This document shows positions 30,628 to 40,176 of a DNA stretch of 64,000 nt, one piece after another. A program made the position numbers and the translations under genes. The notes beneath the pieces are model-generated. The model was not told where the DNA came from, did no database searches, and saw only the letters and a program-made list of their open reading frames with translations. Position 1 is the first letter of the stretch; every line of letters begins with the position of its first letter. Source of the DNA: a virus. Location of the stretch: positions 64,001 to 128,000 of IMG/VR virus record IMGVR_UViG_3300025127_000009. One strand, 5' to 3'.

Positions 30628-31632
30628 TTAAATTATTTCCTTATTTCCAGAAAACAATACGTTAATTCCCGGCCTTGCTTCCCCTAAATGCGATTCGATA
30701 TAGTCATACATCGATCCAGCATTTTCAAACTGCAACATATCGACACCGTGAAACAATTTCCAAGTTTCAATTTGATCCAGAACATCAACTTTGTTAATAA
30801 CCATTTTAGTCACGCCATTGATTTTAGCAGCCTTTTCTAATAGATCCACATCCATCCAATTAATTTGTCTAGGGCGGCCTGTGGTAGCACCATATTCTTC
30901 CCCAATGTCCCTTATAAGATCAAATTCTGGATCAATTCCTTCGAAATCTTTTGCTCCAACATAAGTTTCATATATTTTTGCCACACCCCAGACATCTCTT
31001 ATCGCTTGTGGCGGTACTCCATTTAGTATCGCTCCTCCAACTGTACAATGAGAAGACGTGACAAAAGGATAATCACCCCAATCTATGTCTAGCCCAAATC
31101 CTTGTGCACCTTCAAACAATATTTGAACGTCATCAAATTCTTTATTATTGTGAATCTCATCATACATGTCTATAATGTATTCTTCCAAATCAGGGATCTC
31201 TAGCGCTATCATGCCTTTTCTAGCATACTTGTCACGATACGCAGGACCATTCCCTCTTTTCGTAGTTCCTATTTCTGTATCTTTTTTATCTTCTGCCATG
31301 TGAAAATCTGTAATAATATGTACATTACTTGCGATTTTGATAAGACCCTCTGTCTTAACTCCTGCCTCTTCTAGCATTTCAATTTCGTCAAAAAATTGAT
31401 TTAAATTAAGAACACAACCAGGACCAATAACAGACTTTATACCGTGTAAAACACCGCAAGGAATATGGTGAGTTATGAGTTTTTTTCCGTTATGATAAAT
31501 AGTATGGCCTGCATTACATCCACCGTTGTAGCGTATAACGTGGGTATAATCGTTTTGAGAACATAAATAATTGGCGATTTTACCTTTTCCGCAGTCGCCG
31601 TACTGTAGATCTACAATTACATCTGCTAACAT
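30628..31632 (-). CDS. purA: Adenylosuccinate synthetase (short type)
   Basis: DLQYGDCGKGK, RYNGGCNAGHT, FEGAQG, YPFVTSS, EYGATTGRPR. Confidence 0.93.
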   Translation of the reverse strand: MLADVIVDLQYGDCGKGKIANYLCSQNDYTHVIRYNGGCNAGHTIYHNGKKLITHHIPCGVLHGIKSVIGPGCVLNLNQFFDEIEMLEEAGVKTEGLIKIASNVHIITDFHMAEDKKDTEIGTTKRGNGPAYRDKYARKGMIALEIPDLEEYIIDMYDEIHNNKEFDDVQILFEGAQGFGLDIDWGDYPFVTSSHCTVGGAILNGVPPQAIRDVWGVAKIYETYVGAKDFEGIDPEFDLIRDIGEEYGATTGRPRQINWMDVDLLEKAAKINGVTKMVINKVDVLDQIETWKLFHGVDMLQFENAGSMYDYIESHLGEARPGINVLFSGNKEII

Positions 31633-31666
31633 TTTTACTCCTTGTTAGAACAGAGTTATTGTATCA

Positions 31667-31993
31667 TTAATTATCGTTTGATTTTATATTATCATCTTCC
31701 ATAAGATGACCAGAACTTCTAACAATTTCTCCACCAATATACTTTTTAACTGTTGCTAAATAATCACTAGCCTTTGTTATTTTAGATTCAATCCAATCAT
31801 CTAAATCAGTTTCATCTCCAAACATGTTTAAAAGTTCTTGCACATCTCTAGAAATGGCCATTAGGTTGGTTCTTGCCATTTTTCCTGGACTCTTTTGTTT
31901 GCCATCTGCGGCTTGAGGCCCAACGCCCATATCACAGGGAGAATGATCTGCGCATGCTTCAAGTACTAGTTTTTTTAATTCATCAATGTCCAT
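31667..31993 (-). CDS. Hypothetical, probably virion-associated protein
   Basis: LDDWIESKITKASDYL helical motif; ELKKLVLE leader. Confidence 0.65.
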   Translation of the reverse strand: MDIDELKKLVLEACADHSPCDMGVGPQAADGKQKSPGKMARTNLMAISRDVQELLNMFGDETDLDDWIESKITKASDYLATVKKYIGGEIVRSSGHLMEDDNIKSNDN

Positions 31994-32020
31994 TTTACGA
32001 CCCTCTGTTGTAAATAGTGT

Positions 32021-32842
32021 CTACTCACGTATATGCTTCATATTAGCAAACCAGTTATTTACATTTTCGAGCCAACCAAGCGCTTTTGGGTGAGAATACA
32101 AATCTCTACTGTAAGACCTTCCAGCATGAGAAGACAATACCATTTCATCTAACCAATGCTCCTCCCCTCTTGTGCCCTCTTCTAGAAATTGACACTCTTG
32201 TCCTGCAGATTTTCTCCTAAGAGGCATTGGAATACCATCATATCCGTTTGTTTTTAAATTATGACAAAGTTGCCAGCCGGTATCCAAATCTAGTTTCATA
32301 CCAGGATCATTTCCATATACATGTTGGTTTTCGCTGTTGATATCAATAATTCTTTTTGCATTTTCTTCTGGCTTAAAAGATATATTGCAATCCTTTATTA
32401 TTTGTGTTTTGAATATTGACGTTACTACATTTGGAAAATTTTGATATTTTTTTGGTTCACCTTTACGATTAGGATCATACTGCGACCCAACTATCGCAAT
32501 GTTATCTTTAATCTTTTCTAACATCAGTTTTTCCCAGTGCTGATTAAGATAGACAATATCACAATCAGTAACCAAGCAATGTTCTGCGTCAACATGTTCC
32601 ATCAGCAAATCAAGTGCTTCTCCGTGGCCCATACTAAATTCCCCTGGAGAAATACAATCAAAAACTTCTATTTTATATTTCGATTTTATCTGCTTGGCCA
32701 TAGGGATATATTCAGGTGTATCATTGACACCCAATAAAAATCTAAACTTTGTATCAAAATCTGCGGTCAACTCAATTGTATTAACCATCAATTGCACATA
32801 GGGCAGAGAGTTTCTTCCACATGCAACTATAACATCAATCAT
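32021..32842 (-). CDS. Putative GT-A glycosyltransferase-like protein
   Basis: IDVIVA start, HGEALD, VTDCDI (DxD). Confidence 0.55.
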   Translation of the reverse strand: MIDVIVACGRNSLPYVQLMVNTIELTADFDTKFRFLLGVNDTPEYIPMAKQIKSKYKIEVFDCISPGEFSMGHGEALDLLMEHVDAEHCLVTDCDIVYLNQHWEKLMLEKIKDNIAIVGSQYDPNRKGEPKKYQNFPNVVTSIFKTQIIKDCNISFKPEENAKRIIDINSENQHVYGNDPGMKLDLDTGWQLCHNLKTNGYDGIPMPLRRKSAGQECQFLEEGTRGEEHWLDEMVLSSHAGRSYSRDLYSHPKALGWLENVNNWFANMKHIRE

Positions 32843-34314
32843 TTTTTATCTCCTATTTTTGATCTTTCAATCCCTATTTGTCGAACTGATTCAGGATCTT
32901 CTGGTCTTTTGACAAAAAGCGCCTTACTTCTATTAATTGAGTCTTCATCGCTCATTATACTCCAAGTTATACATTTTCTTAAAAAACTAACTTTTGGAAC
33001 TCCATGATATGATTTATCTGTATTTTGAAATATAACTAATCTGTTTATTCTGGGTTTAACTTTGTGCACACAATAGGTCATATCATCATTCCAACATTCT
33101 AAATCTCCATCACTACCTTCACTGAGGTAGAGGAGGCACGTTATCTCTTTTCTAAGGTTGTTGGTAGGATGTCTCCTAGCATCGCTATGTATAAGTTGAA
33201 ATGATTTTGGTAGCATCATTCTAAGACCAGACCACCTCATTGTTTTGTCTGAAATGAGGTTTTGCACATTTGTTATTTCTGAAATTTCTTTTGTTGTATC
33301 ATCACTATGCACAAAATCTAAAAAGTCTTGCAAGGTATTACTAAGACCATCTTTCGAACTTATTGACAACATTAGATGCTCTAATGTGTTTTCTTTGTCA
33401 CCAACTTTTTTATGGCCTGAGTGCCATAAAGAATCAGATATATCAGGCCACTCATTTAATATTTCATTGAGGGCTTCCTGTTTTAAAAAATTATCAACAA
33501 TCCATATTTTAAAGGGTGATTGAGTGTGTTGTGACAGCCTGTATTCGCCAATGTTTTTATCTTTTCGTTTCATTTTTTTTAATATTCCATCGTCATGAGA
33601 TTCAAGTTTTAAATATACTTTTTTGTTTCCTAATGTTAGATAGGGAGATTTTTTCTTATCAAATGTTAAAGATAGTATTTCATTAAGAAACAATTCTTTG
33701 TCTTTAATAAACTTATTTGAAATTTCATGATTTAAGTCTGAATTTTTAAAATATTTAAAATCTTCATCGTGCGTCATCAGAGATAATTGTGTATGATCAT
33801 TTTTCAGTGTGCTTTTAAAATTATCTTTCAACATCGAAAGTCCTATTTCATTAGCCTTAAAAAATAGATCTTCTGCTGTCTGGTCCCGATTAACCAAAAA
33901 ACATCTTGTGTCTATTATTTTTCCCTCATCTAGTTTTTCATCCATAAAATGCATCGTGCTTCCATGAAATTTTTCTTTATTTCTAATAACCCAAGTCGCA
34001 CAGTGACGTCCTCTGTATTTTAGTCTATAAGAATGATGAAAATTTATTATTCCTCGCGGTACGCGAGTTAATTGTTCTTTTTTTATTATTCTCCAGTAAC
34101 CCAAAGAAAAAATAATGTCTGACTTGTCTATTAATTCTTCAAGTGATTGTGATTCTACTAAATTGATGCAGTTTTCTTTTAGGAAATTAGAATCATTTGT
34201 CAATATTCCAGATATATTAAAGTAATCAGAAGTCTCTTCTTCTAATAAAATCCACTTCAAATAAGAAGCAAAACTATTTTGTTTAGCGTTAAATAATATG
34301 CCGCAGTTTATCAT
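32839..34314 (-). CDS. Formyltransferase-2OG-Fe(II) oxygenase fusion
   Basis: N-terminal INFHH..YRG and LDEGKII; C-terminal IHSD, RLVIF, SYHGV. Confidence 0.8.
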   Translation of the reverse strand: MINCGILFNAKQNSFASYLKWILLEEETSDYFNISGILTNDSNFLKENCINLVESQSLEELIDKSDIIFSLGYWRIIKKEQLTRVPRGIINFHHSYRLKYRGRHCATWVIRNKEKFHGSTMHFMDEKLDEGKIIDTRCFLVNRDQTAEDLFFKANEIGLSMLKDNFKSTLKNDHTQLSLMTHDEDFKYFKNSDLNHEISNKFIKDKELFLNEILSLTFDKKKSPYLTLGNKKVYLKLESHDDGILKKMKRKDKNIGEYRLSQHTQSPFKIWIVDNFLKQEALNEILNEWPDISDSLWHSGHKKVGDKENTLEHLMLSISSKDGLSNTLQDFLDFVHSDDTTKEISEITNVQNLISDKTMRWSGLRMMLPKSFQLIHSDARRHPTNNLRKEITCLLYLSEGSDGDLECWNDDMTYCVHKVKPRINRLVIFQNTDKSYHGVPKVSFLRKCITWSIMSDEDSINRSKALFVKRPEDPESVRQIGIERSKIGDKK

Positions 34315-35447
34315 TGTTTGTTAATAACACCTAATAGCGAATCTGCTATGTATTTTACATCTTTTTCTGATAGCCACCAACCACAAGGTAAACTAATTTG
34401 ATGTGCGGCAAACTTGTTGGTGTTAACTAGATCATTTCCAGTCTCTTTAAAGCAATCATATGGATGATTGGGGACGTGAATAACGCCGGTATGAATATCT
34501 AAATTTGCCATATCGCTAATAACTCTGTCACGATTAATAGAAGAATCTAGAAGAACCGTATAAATCCAATAGGCTGGATCCATGTGATTATCAATTTTAA
34601 GCGGAGTAATATTTTTGTTTTTTAAAAAATAATTTTTATAAAGAGCCGCATTGTTTTTGTGAGTTCCTACTATAAAATCTTTTCGCTCTAAATTAGATAT
34701 TCCAATGGCTGCTGAAAGGTTGTTCATGTTTAATTTCCATCCAACCTCTTTTATGTTTGAATCCCATCTACGACCTTTCCAATTTCCATCTTCATCCTTA
34801 AGGCGATCTCTGTCAAAACCGTACCATTTTAGTCTGGCAGCATATTCATGATCATTGTCATTTAGACAAACAATCGCTCCCCCATCTCCGGTCGTAATGT
34901 GCTTTATAGCCTGAAAACTATAGCAAGTTATATCTGCCCAATGACTAACTTCTTTATTCTTGTAAGTGCTCCCGAAAGAGTGCGCAGCGTCTTGGATAAG
35001 TTTTATCCCATTTTCCCTACATATACTTTGCAACTTTTCTAATTTACAAGGGACACCAGCCCAGTTTACGCATATAACTGCTTTTGTTTTGTTGGTTATC
35101 TTTCGTATTACGTCTTCTGGGTCTATGTTTCCTGTTTCATATTCAATATCTGCCCATATTGTTTTTGCACCTAGCCACTCAGTTGAAACGTTTGTCGCAA
35201 CACAAGTCATTGATGGGGCAATTACTTCGTCTCCAAAGCCGACGCCTGCTATTTTCAAAGCCATCATGAGGGATCCGGTGCAAGAACTTGTCATAGTTAC
35301 ATTGTCTTGATCAAGAATCTCTTTTAGTAATCTTCTTATTTCTAATACTTCTCTACCTTCATTTAGAAATCCAGATTCTAAAACCTTTCTAATTCTTGAC
35401 ATTACATCTTCTATATCAACATGAACTTTAAACAAGGGGTATTTCAT
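34311..35447 (-). CDS. DegT/DnrJ/EryC1/StrS PLP-dependent sugar aminotransferase
   Basis: IQDAAHSFG, YSFQAIKHITTGDGG. Confidence 0.92.
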   Translation of the reverse strand: MKYPLFKVHVDIEDVMSRIRKVLESGFLNEGREVLEIRRLLKEILDQDNVTMTSSCTGSLMMALKIAGVGFGDEVIAPSMTCVATNVSTEWLGAKTIWADIEYETGNIDPEDVIRKITNKTKAVICVNWAGVPCKLEKLQSICRENGIKLIQDAAHSFGSTYKNKEVSHWADITCYSFQAIKHITTGDGGAIVCLNDNDHEYAARLKWYGFDRDRLKDEDGNWKGRRWDSNIKEVGWKLNMNNLSAAIGISNLERKDFIVGTHKNNAALYKNYFLKNKNITPLKIDNHMDPAYWIYTVLLDSSINRDRVISDMANLDIHTGVIHVPNHPYDCFKETGNDLVNTNKFAAHQISLPCGWWLSEKDVKYIADSLLGVINKQ

Positions 35448-36457
35448 TTTCTTACCTCATCGATGTTTTTCCCCACAAAATCTGAAATCTCTTTGTTCAA
35501 GATTTCTAGGCTTTCTAAATAATCTTTCAATTCTTGTTTTGTGACCAAAGATTTAGAACTATCCATTGAATAATCTTTTTCTTCATTAAAGGGCATTGTA
35601 TATGAAGGTGAAACTGCAAGATATTTTTCTACTTTTCTAGTTCTCAGAGACTCTGAATCATTAATAAGGTCTTCGTGTATTTTTTCACCGGGCCTCATTC
35701 CAATTATCTCTATTGGTTTGCCAGAAATTTCAGAAAATATTTCTGCTAAATCTATCACTTTCATCGATTTCAACTCTGGAATCCAGGTTTCTCCTGTTTT
35801 ACCAAATTTCATAGAAGCATCTATCAAGTCAACACTCTCTTCTAAAGTCATAATATATCTTGTCATTCTTTTGTCTGTTACAGTTATTTTTTCTTTGTGT
35901 TCTGATTGATATTTGAACAAAGGTATAATACTACCTCTAGAATTTAATACATTTCCATATCTGACTGCGACAAAATTAATATTTAAGCCTAAATCACTAA
36001 CAGATGTCACTATTCTTTCCGCAATTGACTTACACATACCATAAACATTTATTGGGGAGCATGCCTTGTCTGTACTGACCATTAAAACCGTTTCTAAGTT
36101 ATTTAACTTCTCATGATTGTCTTTTACAACATCAACAACGTTTTCAATTCCAAGAATATTTGTTTTTATGCTCTCAAGAGGCGATTTTTCACATACATCA
36201 ACATGTTTGAGGGCAGATGCAAGTATTATGTGGGTTGGTTTGAAATTTAAAATTGCATCTTTGCATCTTTGTTGGTCTCTTATATCTCCAACAATAAATG
36301 AAAGATTTTCATGACCCATTTCATTCCTGATTGTCCAATGTTTGGATTCATCTCTAGAAAAAACACAAACCTTGTTACTCAAGATGTACCTTTTGATAAG
36401 CGTCTTACCAAGAGATCCAGTTCCTCCAAAAATTAGTATTTTTTTGTTTTTCATCAA
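35444..36457 (-). CDS. CapD/PseB-like UDP-sugar 4,6-dehydratase
   Basis: GGTGSLG, ALKHV, STDKA, YGMCK, RYGNV, RPGEKIHE. Confidence 0.9.
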   Translation of the reverse strand: MMKNKKILIFGGTGSLGKTLIKRYILSNKVCVFSRDESKHWTIRNEMGHENLSFIVGDIRDQQRCKDAILNFKPTHIILASALKHVDVCEKSPLESIKTNILGIENVVDVVKDNHEKLNNLETVLMVSTDKACSPINVYGMCKSIAERIVTSVSDLGLNINFVAVRYGNVLNSRGSIIPLFKYQSEHKEKITVTDKRMTRYIMTLEESVDLIDASMKFGKTGETWIPELKSMKVIDLAEIFSEISGKPIEIIGMRPGEKIHEDLINDSESLRTRKVEKYLAVSPSYTMPFNEEKDYSMDSSKSLVTKQELKDYLESLEILNKEISDFVGKNIDEVRK

Positions 36458-36509
36458 ATATTCCTAAAATAATCAATGAAATTATATCATAGGTATAAAA
36501 TAATTTTAA

Positions 36510-37406
36510 TTATAAGAGTTCAGTGTCTGGAGTTTCCCTGTATTTCTTTCTTGTTGACTTCATATACTCATAAACTCTTTTTCTTATTCTTTTTTGGTTT
36601 TGTTCTGAGTGATTTTCTATGTTAAATCTGTCATCCCTGTCTGATTCGTAATATTTCGTAATGAATTCTTCTACAAATTGCGCAGGAGTAAGTTCCTCCA
36701 TCCAATACGAATCCCCAGCCTTGGCTTCTCTCTCAAATTGACGAAAAGCCTCAATTAATCTGGCTTGTATCTCCTCTGTGGAGTCAACATATTCTTGAGA
36801 AGTTACATCAAATTGCTTTTTACCGCCCTTTGCCCTATACTGTTTAAAATTTGACCTAACAGAGTTAAGAAAGTGTGTTAGTTCATGATCTAGTACTTTA
36901 ACTAACTGCGATTTGTAAAAATTAAAGACTTCCGTGCCTTTATAAAAATTCTCATCTATTTTTCCTCTGTGGTAGAGATACATAACACCTTTAGAATCCA
37001 TTCCACCGCCAACATCGACTTGGCCGAATGGGTCTACTTGAAATAACAAGATTTTAAAGTTCTTCAAGGCGTTGCGAAAACTCACCATAGAATCAAAGAC
37101 TTCAAGAGAAAGGGGAACTTCCTCGCTGTATTTTAGCCACAGACTTTTAATTACTTCTTCTTTAAGTTCAAAAGCAACGGCCCAAGTTACAGTAAAATCA
37201 CCAATACCCTCTTTTCTGTTCTGCATTGATTCGTATTTGTCAAAAGGTGGCAAAAACCATCGGTCAGAAGCGGGCTGCGCAATTGAATATTTAAAATTTT
37301 CTATTTTTAAAACTCTTCTTACAAAAAAGGCTAAAATATCTTGATAAACATCATCTGTCTTTCTTTCGTTTAGATACTTTCTCCAATTTTCCATCAAAAT
37401 CTTCAC
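36510..37406 (-). CDS. HExxH putative metallopeptidase with ENW leader
   Basis: LDHELTHF, YVDSTEEIQA; N-terminus MKILMENWRKYLNE. Confidence 0.65.
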   Translation of the reverse strand: MKILMENWRKYLNERKTDDVYQDILAFFVRRVLKIENFKYSIAQPASDRWFLPPFDKYESMQNRKEGIGDFTVTWAVAFELKEEVIKSLWLKYSEEVPLSLEVFDSMVSFRNALKNFKILLFQVDPFGQVDVGGGMDSKGVMYLYHRGKIDENFYKGTEVFNFYKSQLVKVLDHELTHFLNSVRSNFKQYRAKGGKKQFDVTSQEYVDSTEEIQARLIEAFRQFEREAKAGDSYWMEELTPAQFVEEFITKYYESDRDDRFNIENHSEQNQKRIRKRVYEYMKSTRKKYRETPDTELL

Positions 37407-37735
37407 TTATACACCTCTGCCAGACCTTCTTTTATAAGTAGTTGATTGATATTGACATTATCTACTAATATTTCGCCCAAACAGCGACCAAATTTGCCAA
37501 CACCTTTAGATTTTAAGATAAATTTTCCGTCAGAGGCCTCTAAAACGGCTTCTAAGCGACGTTTTGATGCTAGTCCAGCCTTCTTCTCGTCTGAATCTTT
37601 TGAGCGCGTCTCAGGGGCGTTAATTCCGAATAATCTAACACGTTTTTTGAGAGAAATACCAAAACCTAAGTCAATTTTGACGTCAATCGTGTCTCCGTCA
37701 ATAATTTTTATTAATTTGGCACGATACTCATACAT
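37403..37735 (-). CDS. Thermonuclease (SNase) family protein
   Basis: IIDGDTIDV, RVRLFGINAPE, GKFGRCL. Confidence 0.9.
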   Translation of the reverse strand: MYEYRAKLIKIIDGDTIDVKIDLGFGISLKKRVRLFGINAPETRSKDSDEKKAGLASKRRLEAVLEASDGKFILKSKGVGKFGRCLGEILVDNVNINQLLIKEGLAEVYK

Positions 37736-38510
37736 TTTCCGTGATTTTTACGGTTAAATGTGATGATGACATCATTTTATCGTAGGATAAGACCTTAAGG
37801 GTTGTAACAATTTCTAGAATTCCATTGTTTCGAAGTATTTTGAATGCTAAATTCTCTGGAGAGTAGATTCCTTCTCTCTCTAGGCCACTTACCCTCATGT
37901 TTTTGGTTTTTTTCTTGAATTTTTCACACAAACTGTAGACTAATTTGTATTCCTTCTCCGCAAAGAGGTCTTGAATCTTTTCTACTTCGTCATTCAGGGC
38001 ACTTGCCTTCTTCTCTGCAGTGAGAAGATCCAATTCAACGTCATCTCTCGATGGTTCTTCAAGCCATTCACCTGTCTTGATAGAGTAGAGGCCCAAAGAT
38101 TTGTGTTCTTCGTTGATATCTTGAAAATAAATTTCAACTTCGTGACCATTTATTATAATTGTGTGGTTTTTGTTCCACAAAGTCTTCTGAGAGTTAAGAT
38201 ATTTACCCACAAGTTCATCATTTTGATCAACATCGGCAAAATCTAGCATAATATGAAGGTCTATGTCAGACAAATTGTGCCAATTATATGACGCAATTGA
38301 TCCGGTGATCGTTATATCTTTAATTTTGCCTTCTAGGTTTAGTTCTGCAATGATATCTTCGGCAATTTTCATTAATTTTCGTCTGACGTTAACGTCTAGA
38401 CGGTCTCTAAACCAAAACTTTGGATGAAGAGTGTCTTTAACTTTCATATCGGAAGTGTCAAACTCTTCTTCTTTAAGAAAATTTTTCCAATTTTTAGCCA
38501 AACTGCTCAT
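37728..38510 (-). CDS. Pol-beta-superfamily nucleotidyltransferase with ENW leader
   Basis: ITGSIASYNW..SDIDLH, third Asp/Glu in EVEIYFQD. Confidence 0.75.
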   Translation of the reverse strand: MSSLAKNWKNFLKEEEFDTSDMKVKDTLHPKFWFRDRLDVNVRRKLMKIAEDIIAELNLEGKIKDITITGSIASYNWHNLSDIDLHIMLDFADVDQNDELVGKYLNSQKTLWNKNHTIIINGHEVEIYFQDINEEHKSLGLYSIKTGEWLEEPSRDDVELDLLTAEKKASALNDEVEKIQDLFAEKEYKLVYSLCEKFKKKTKNMRVSGLEREGIYSPENLAFKILRNNGILEIVTTLKVLSYDKMMSSSHLTVKITENV

Positions 38511-38919
38511 CTTTTACTACCTCAATCGCTATTTTTTCGAATTTTGAAGGATTTTGTATCTTCATAACGTCTACAAATGCGTGATCAGTGTGCTCATTGC
38601 TTAAAATTATGTTTCCTTTTTCATGAACTGATCTAAAATATGCAATATTTTCTTTTTTTGTATACAACGTTGCTCGAAATATTTCTAAACCAGTTTCTTC
38701 TTCAACTTCTCTCTTCAATCCATCAAGCATGCTTTCACCTTCCTTAATATGACCACCAGGTAAATCCATTTCACCGGCATATTTTTCCATATAATTTGAT
38801 CTTTTCAAGAAAAGAACATGATTGTGCTTGTTTAAAAGAACTAATTTAACAACTTGCGACGTATCTGGAGATTCATTTTCTAACAAGTACTGTCTCCACT
38901 CTTTAAAAATCGATTTCAT
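38494..38919 (-). CDS. NUDIX hydrolase with ENW leader
   Basis: Nudix box GGHIKEGESMLDGLKREVEEETGL. Confidence 0.92.
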   Translation of the reverse strand: MKSIFKEWRQYLLENESPDTSQVVKLVLLNKHNHVLFLKRSNYMEKYAGEMDLPGGHIKEGESMLDGLKREVEEETGLEIFRATLYTKKENIAYFRSVHEKGNIILSNEHTDHAFVDVMKIQNPSKFEKIAIEVVKDEQFG

Positions 38920-38933
38920 AAGACAAAAGCCTC

Positions 38934-39125
38934 CTAGATGTCTATAATTATAACTCTAGAAGAAACTTCTGAATCTTCTTCGTCAACGTCATGCGACATT
39001 TCAGGCACTTCTAAATCAATGTGTAGTGGAATCTGGCAGGGTGATTCTTCCTCTTCCGGAAGATCCCACAAATACCAGTCATCAAAATTTAGAAAATGTC
39101 CCATACATTTAATTAGGGACTCCAT
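38934..39125 (-). CDS. Small acidic hypothetical protein
   Basis: 63 aa ORF. Confidence 0.55.
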   Translation of the reverse strand: MESLIKCMGHFLNFDDWYLWDLPEEEESPCQIPLHIDLEVPEMSHDVDEEDSEVSSRVIIIDI

Positions 39126-39436
39126 TTTATATTCTCCTCTATGTTGTCACTAATTCTATTTCCATTTATCCACAAGGAACATACCGGCCCTTCTATTGGG
39201 TTAATAGTTCTTAGTAAATAAACAGCCTCTTCCACCTTATTTAACTGAATTATTCTTATTTTATCAAAAGCACCTTCTGCTTCATCAAAGAAAAAACCGT
39301 ATTTTTTTAAATATTCAGTGTAATTTACTGGGTTGTGTATGACAACGACAACATCTTCGTGATGAAGAAGAGAAATATAATTGCCTATTAGTTCATCTAG
39401 ATCAACATGATAGCATATGTGATCTATTCTTCTCAT
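39113..39436 (-). CDS. Hypothetical protein
   Basis: 107 aa ORF. Confidence 0.6.
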   Translation of the reverse strand: MRRIDHICYHVDLDELIGNYISLLHHEDVVVVIHNPVNYTEYLKKYGFFFDEAEGAFDKIRIIQLNKVEEAVYLLRTINPIEGPVCSLWINGNRISDNIEENIKWSP

Positions 39437-39930
39437 TTGGAGTGTTTATCAGCAACTGTTTGGCTAGCCCATGCGTTTGGTTTAAGTTTGCATTCTAGTC
39501 CATATCCTGATACGTATCCTTTAAGCATCTCCGAATGCTTTGATGTACCATTGTTTGACGCAAATGGTGAGACGTCTAAGTGAAGTTCTATGTTTGATGG
39601 TTCAATATCGTGATTTGTCATTAGTAATTCAGCAACACGGACAGATCTTCTTGTTTCCTCCGTAATTCTTGTTACTAAATTTTTATAACTTGAGGGACTT
39701 AGATTTTCTTTAAAGAAAAAATATCTACCTCTTGTGCCATTTCCGTGAAGACATATTGTAGTGGCAAAACAAACTTTGCCTTTTGAGGGAAAAGAATCAG
39801 ATCCAATATAGATTGTTGCACCTTTTTCTAATCTTTCATCAATAATGTTAAGAATTTCTTTAAAGGTAGTCTTTTTTCTAGAGCCAGTATACCATATAGT
39901 GCTTAAGTATTCTGCGTTATCCTCTAACAT
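39433..39930 (-). CDS. RNase H-like YkuK (DUF458) family protein
   Basis: IYIGSDS, ELHLDV, KPNAWASQTVAD. Confidence 0.8.
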   Translation of the reverse strand: MLEDNAEYLSTIWYTGSRKKTTFKEILNIIDERLEKGATIYIGSDSFPSKGKVCFATTICLHGNGTRGRYFFFKENLSPSSYKNLVTRITEETRRSVRVAELLMTNHDIEPSNIELHLDVSPFASNNGTSKHSEMLKGYVSGYGLECKLKPNAWASQTVADKHSK

Positions 39931-40126
39931 AAAAATTGCCTCTCTTCTTAAGTACTACGTTAGTTTTAATATAATTATCTTTATTTTTAATTTCTACATC
40001 GTAGTGACCATCTAAGAGGCCTCTTCTTTCTTCTTCTTTCATCATATGTCTCATAGTGAGGTATATGCTTAACAAAGTGATGATAGAACCCATCATCATT
40101 CCAATTCCTAGAAGTTCCATGTACAC
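39917..40126 (-). CDS. Small membrane protein
   Basis: N-terminal hydrophobic helix. Confidence 0.55.
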   Translation of the reverse strand: MYMELLGIGMMMGSIITLLSIYLTMRHMMKEEERRGLLDGHYDVEIKNKDNYIKTNVVLKKRGNFYVRG

Positions 40127-40176
40127 TCCTTTGTGATGGATCTAATTATAGCATATATCTTTTAGAAAAAAAAGAC

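Noticed and set aside
30628-31632. PurZ (2-aminoadenine, Z-genome) interpretation of the PurA homologue
   Set aside because: The catalytic Asp is retained (QYGDCGKGK; PurZ has Ser there), the substrate loop is PurA-like (EYGATTGRPR), and no dATPase/MazZ partner is recognisable in the window.
5759-36457. Host chromosomal O-antigen/capsule locus or prophage
   Set aside because: No flippase, polymerase or ABC export genes, no integrase/att site and no housekeeping synteny; the genes are interleaved with phage-type structural genes.
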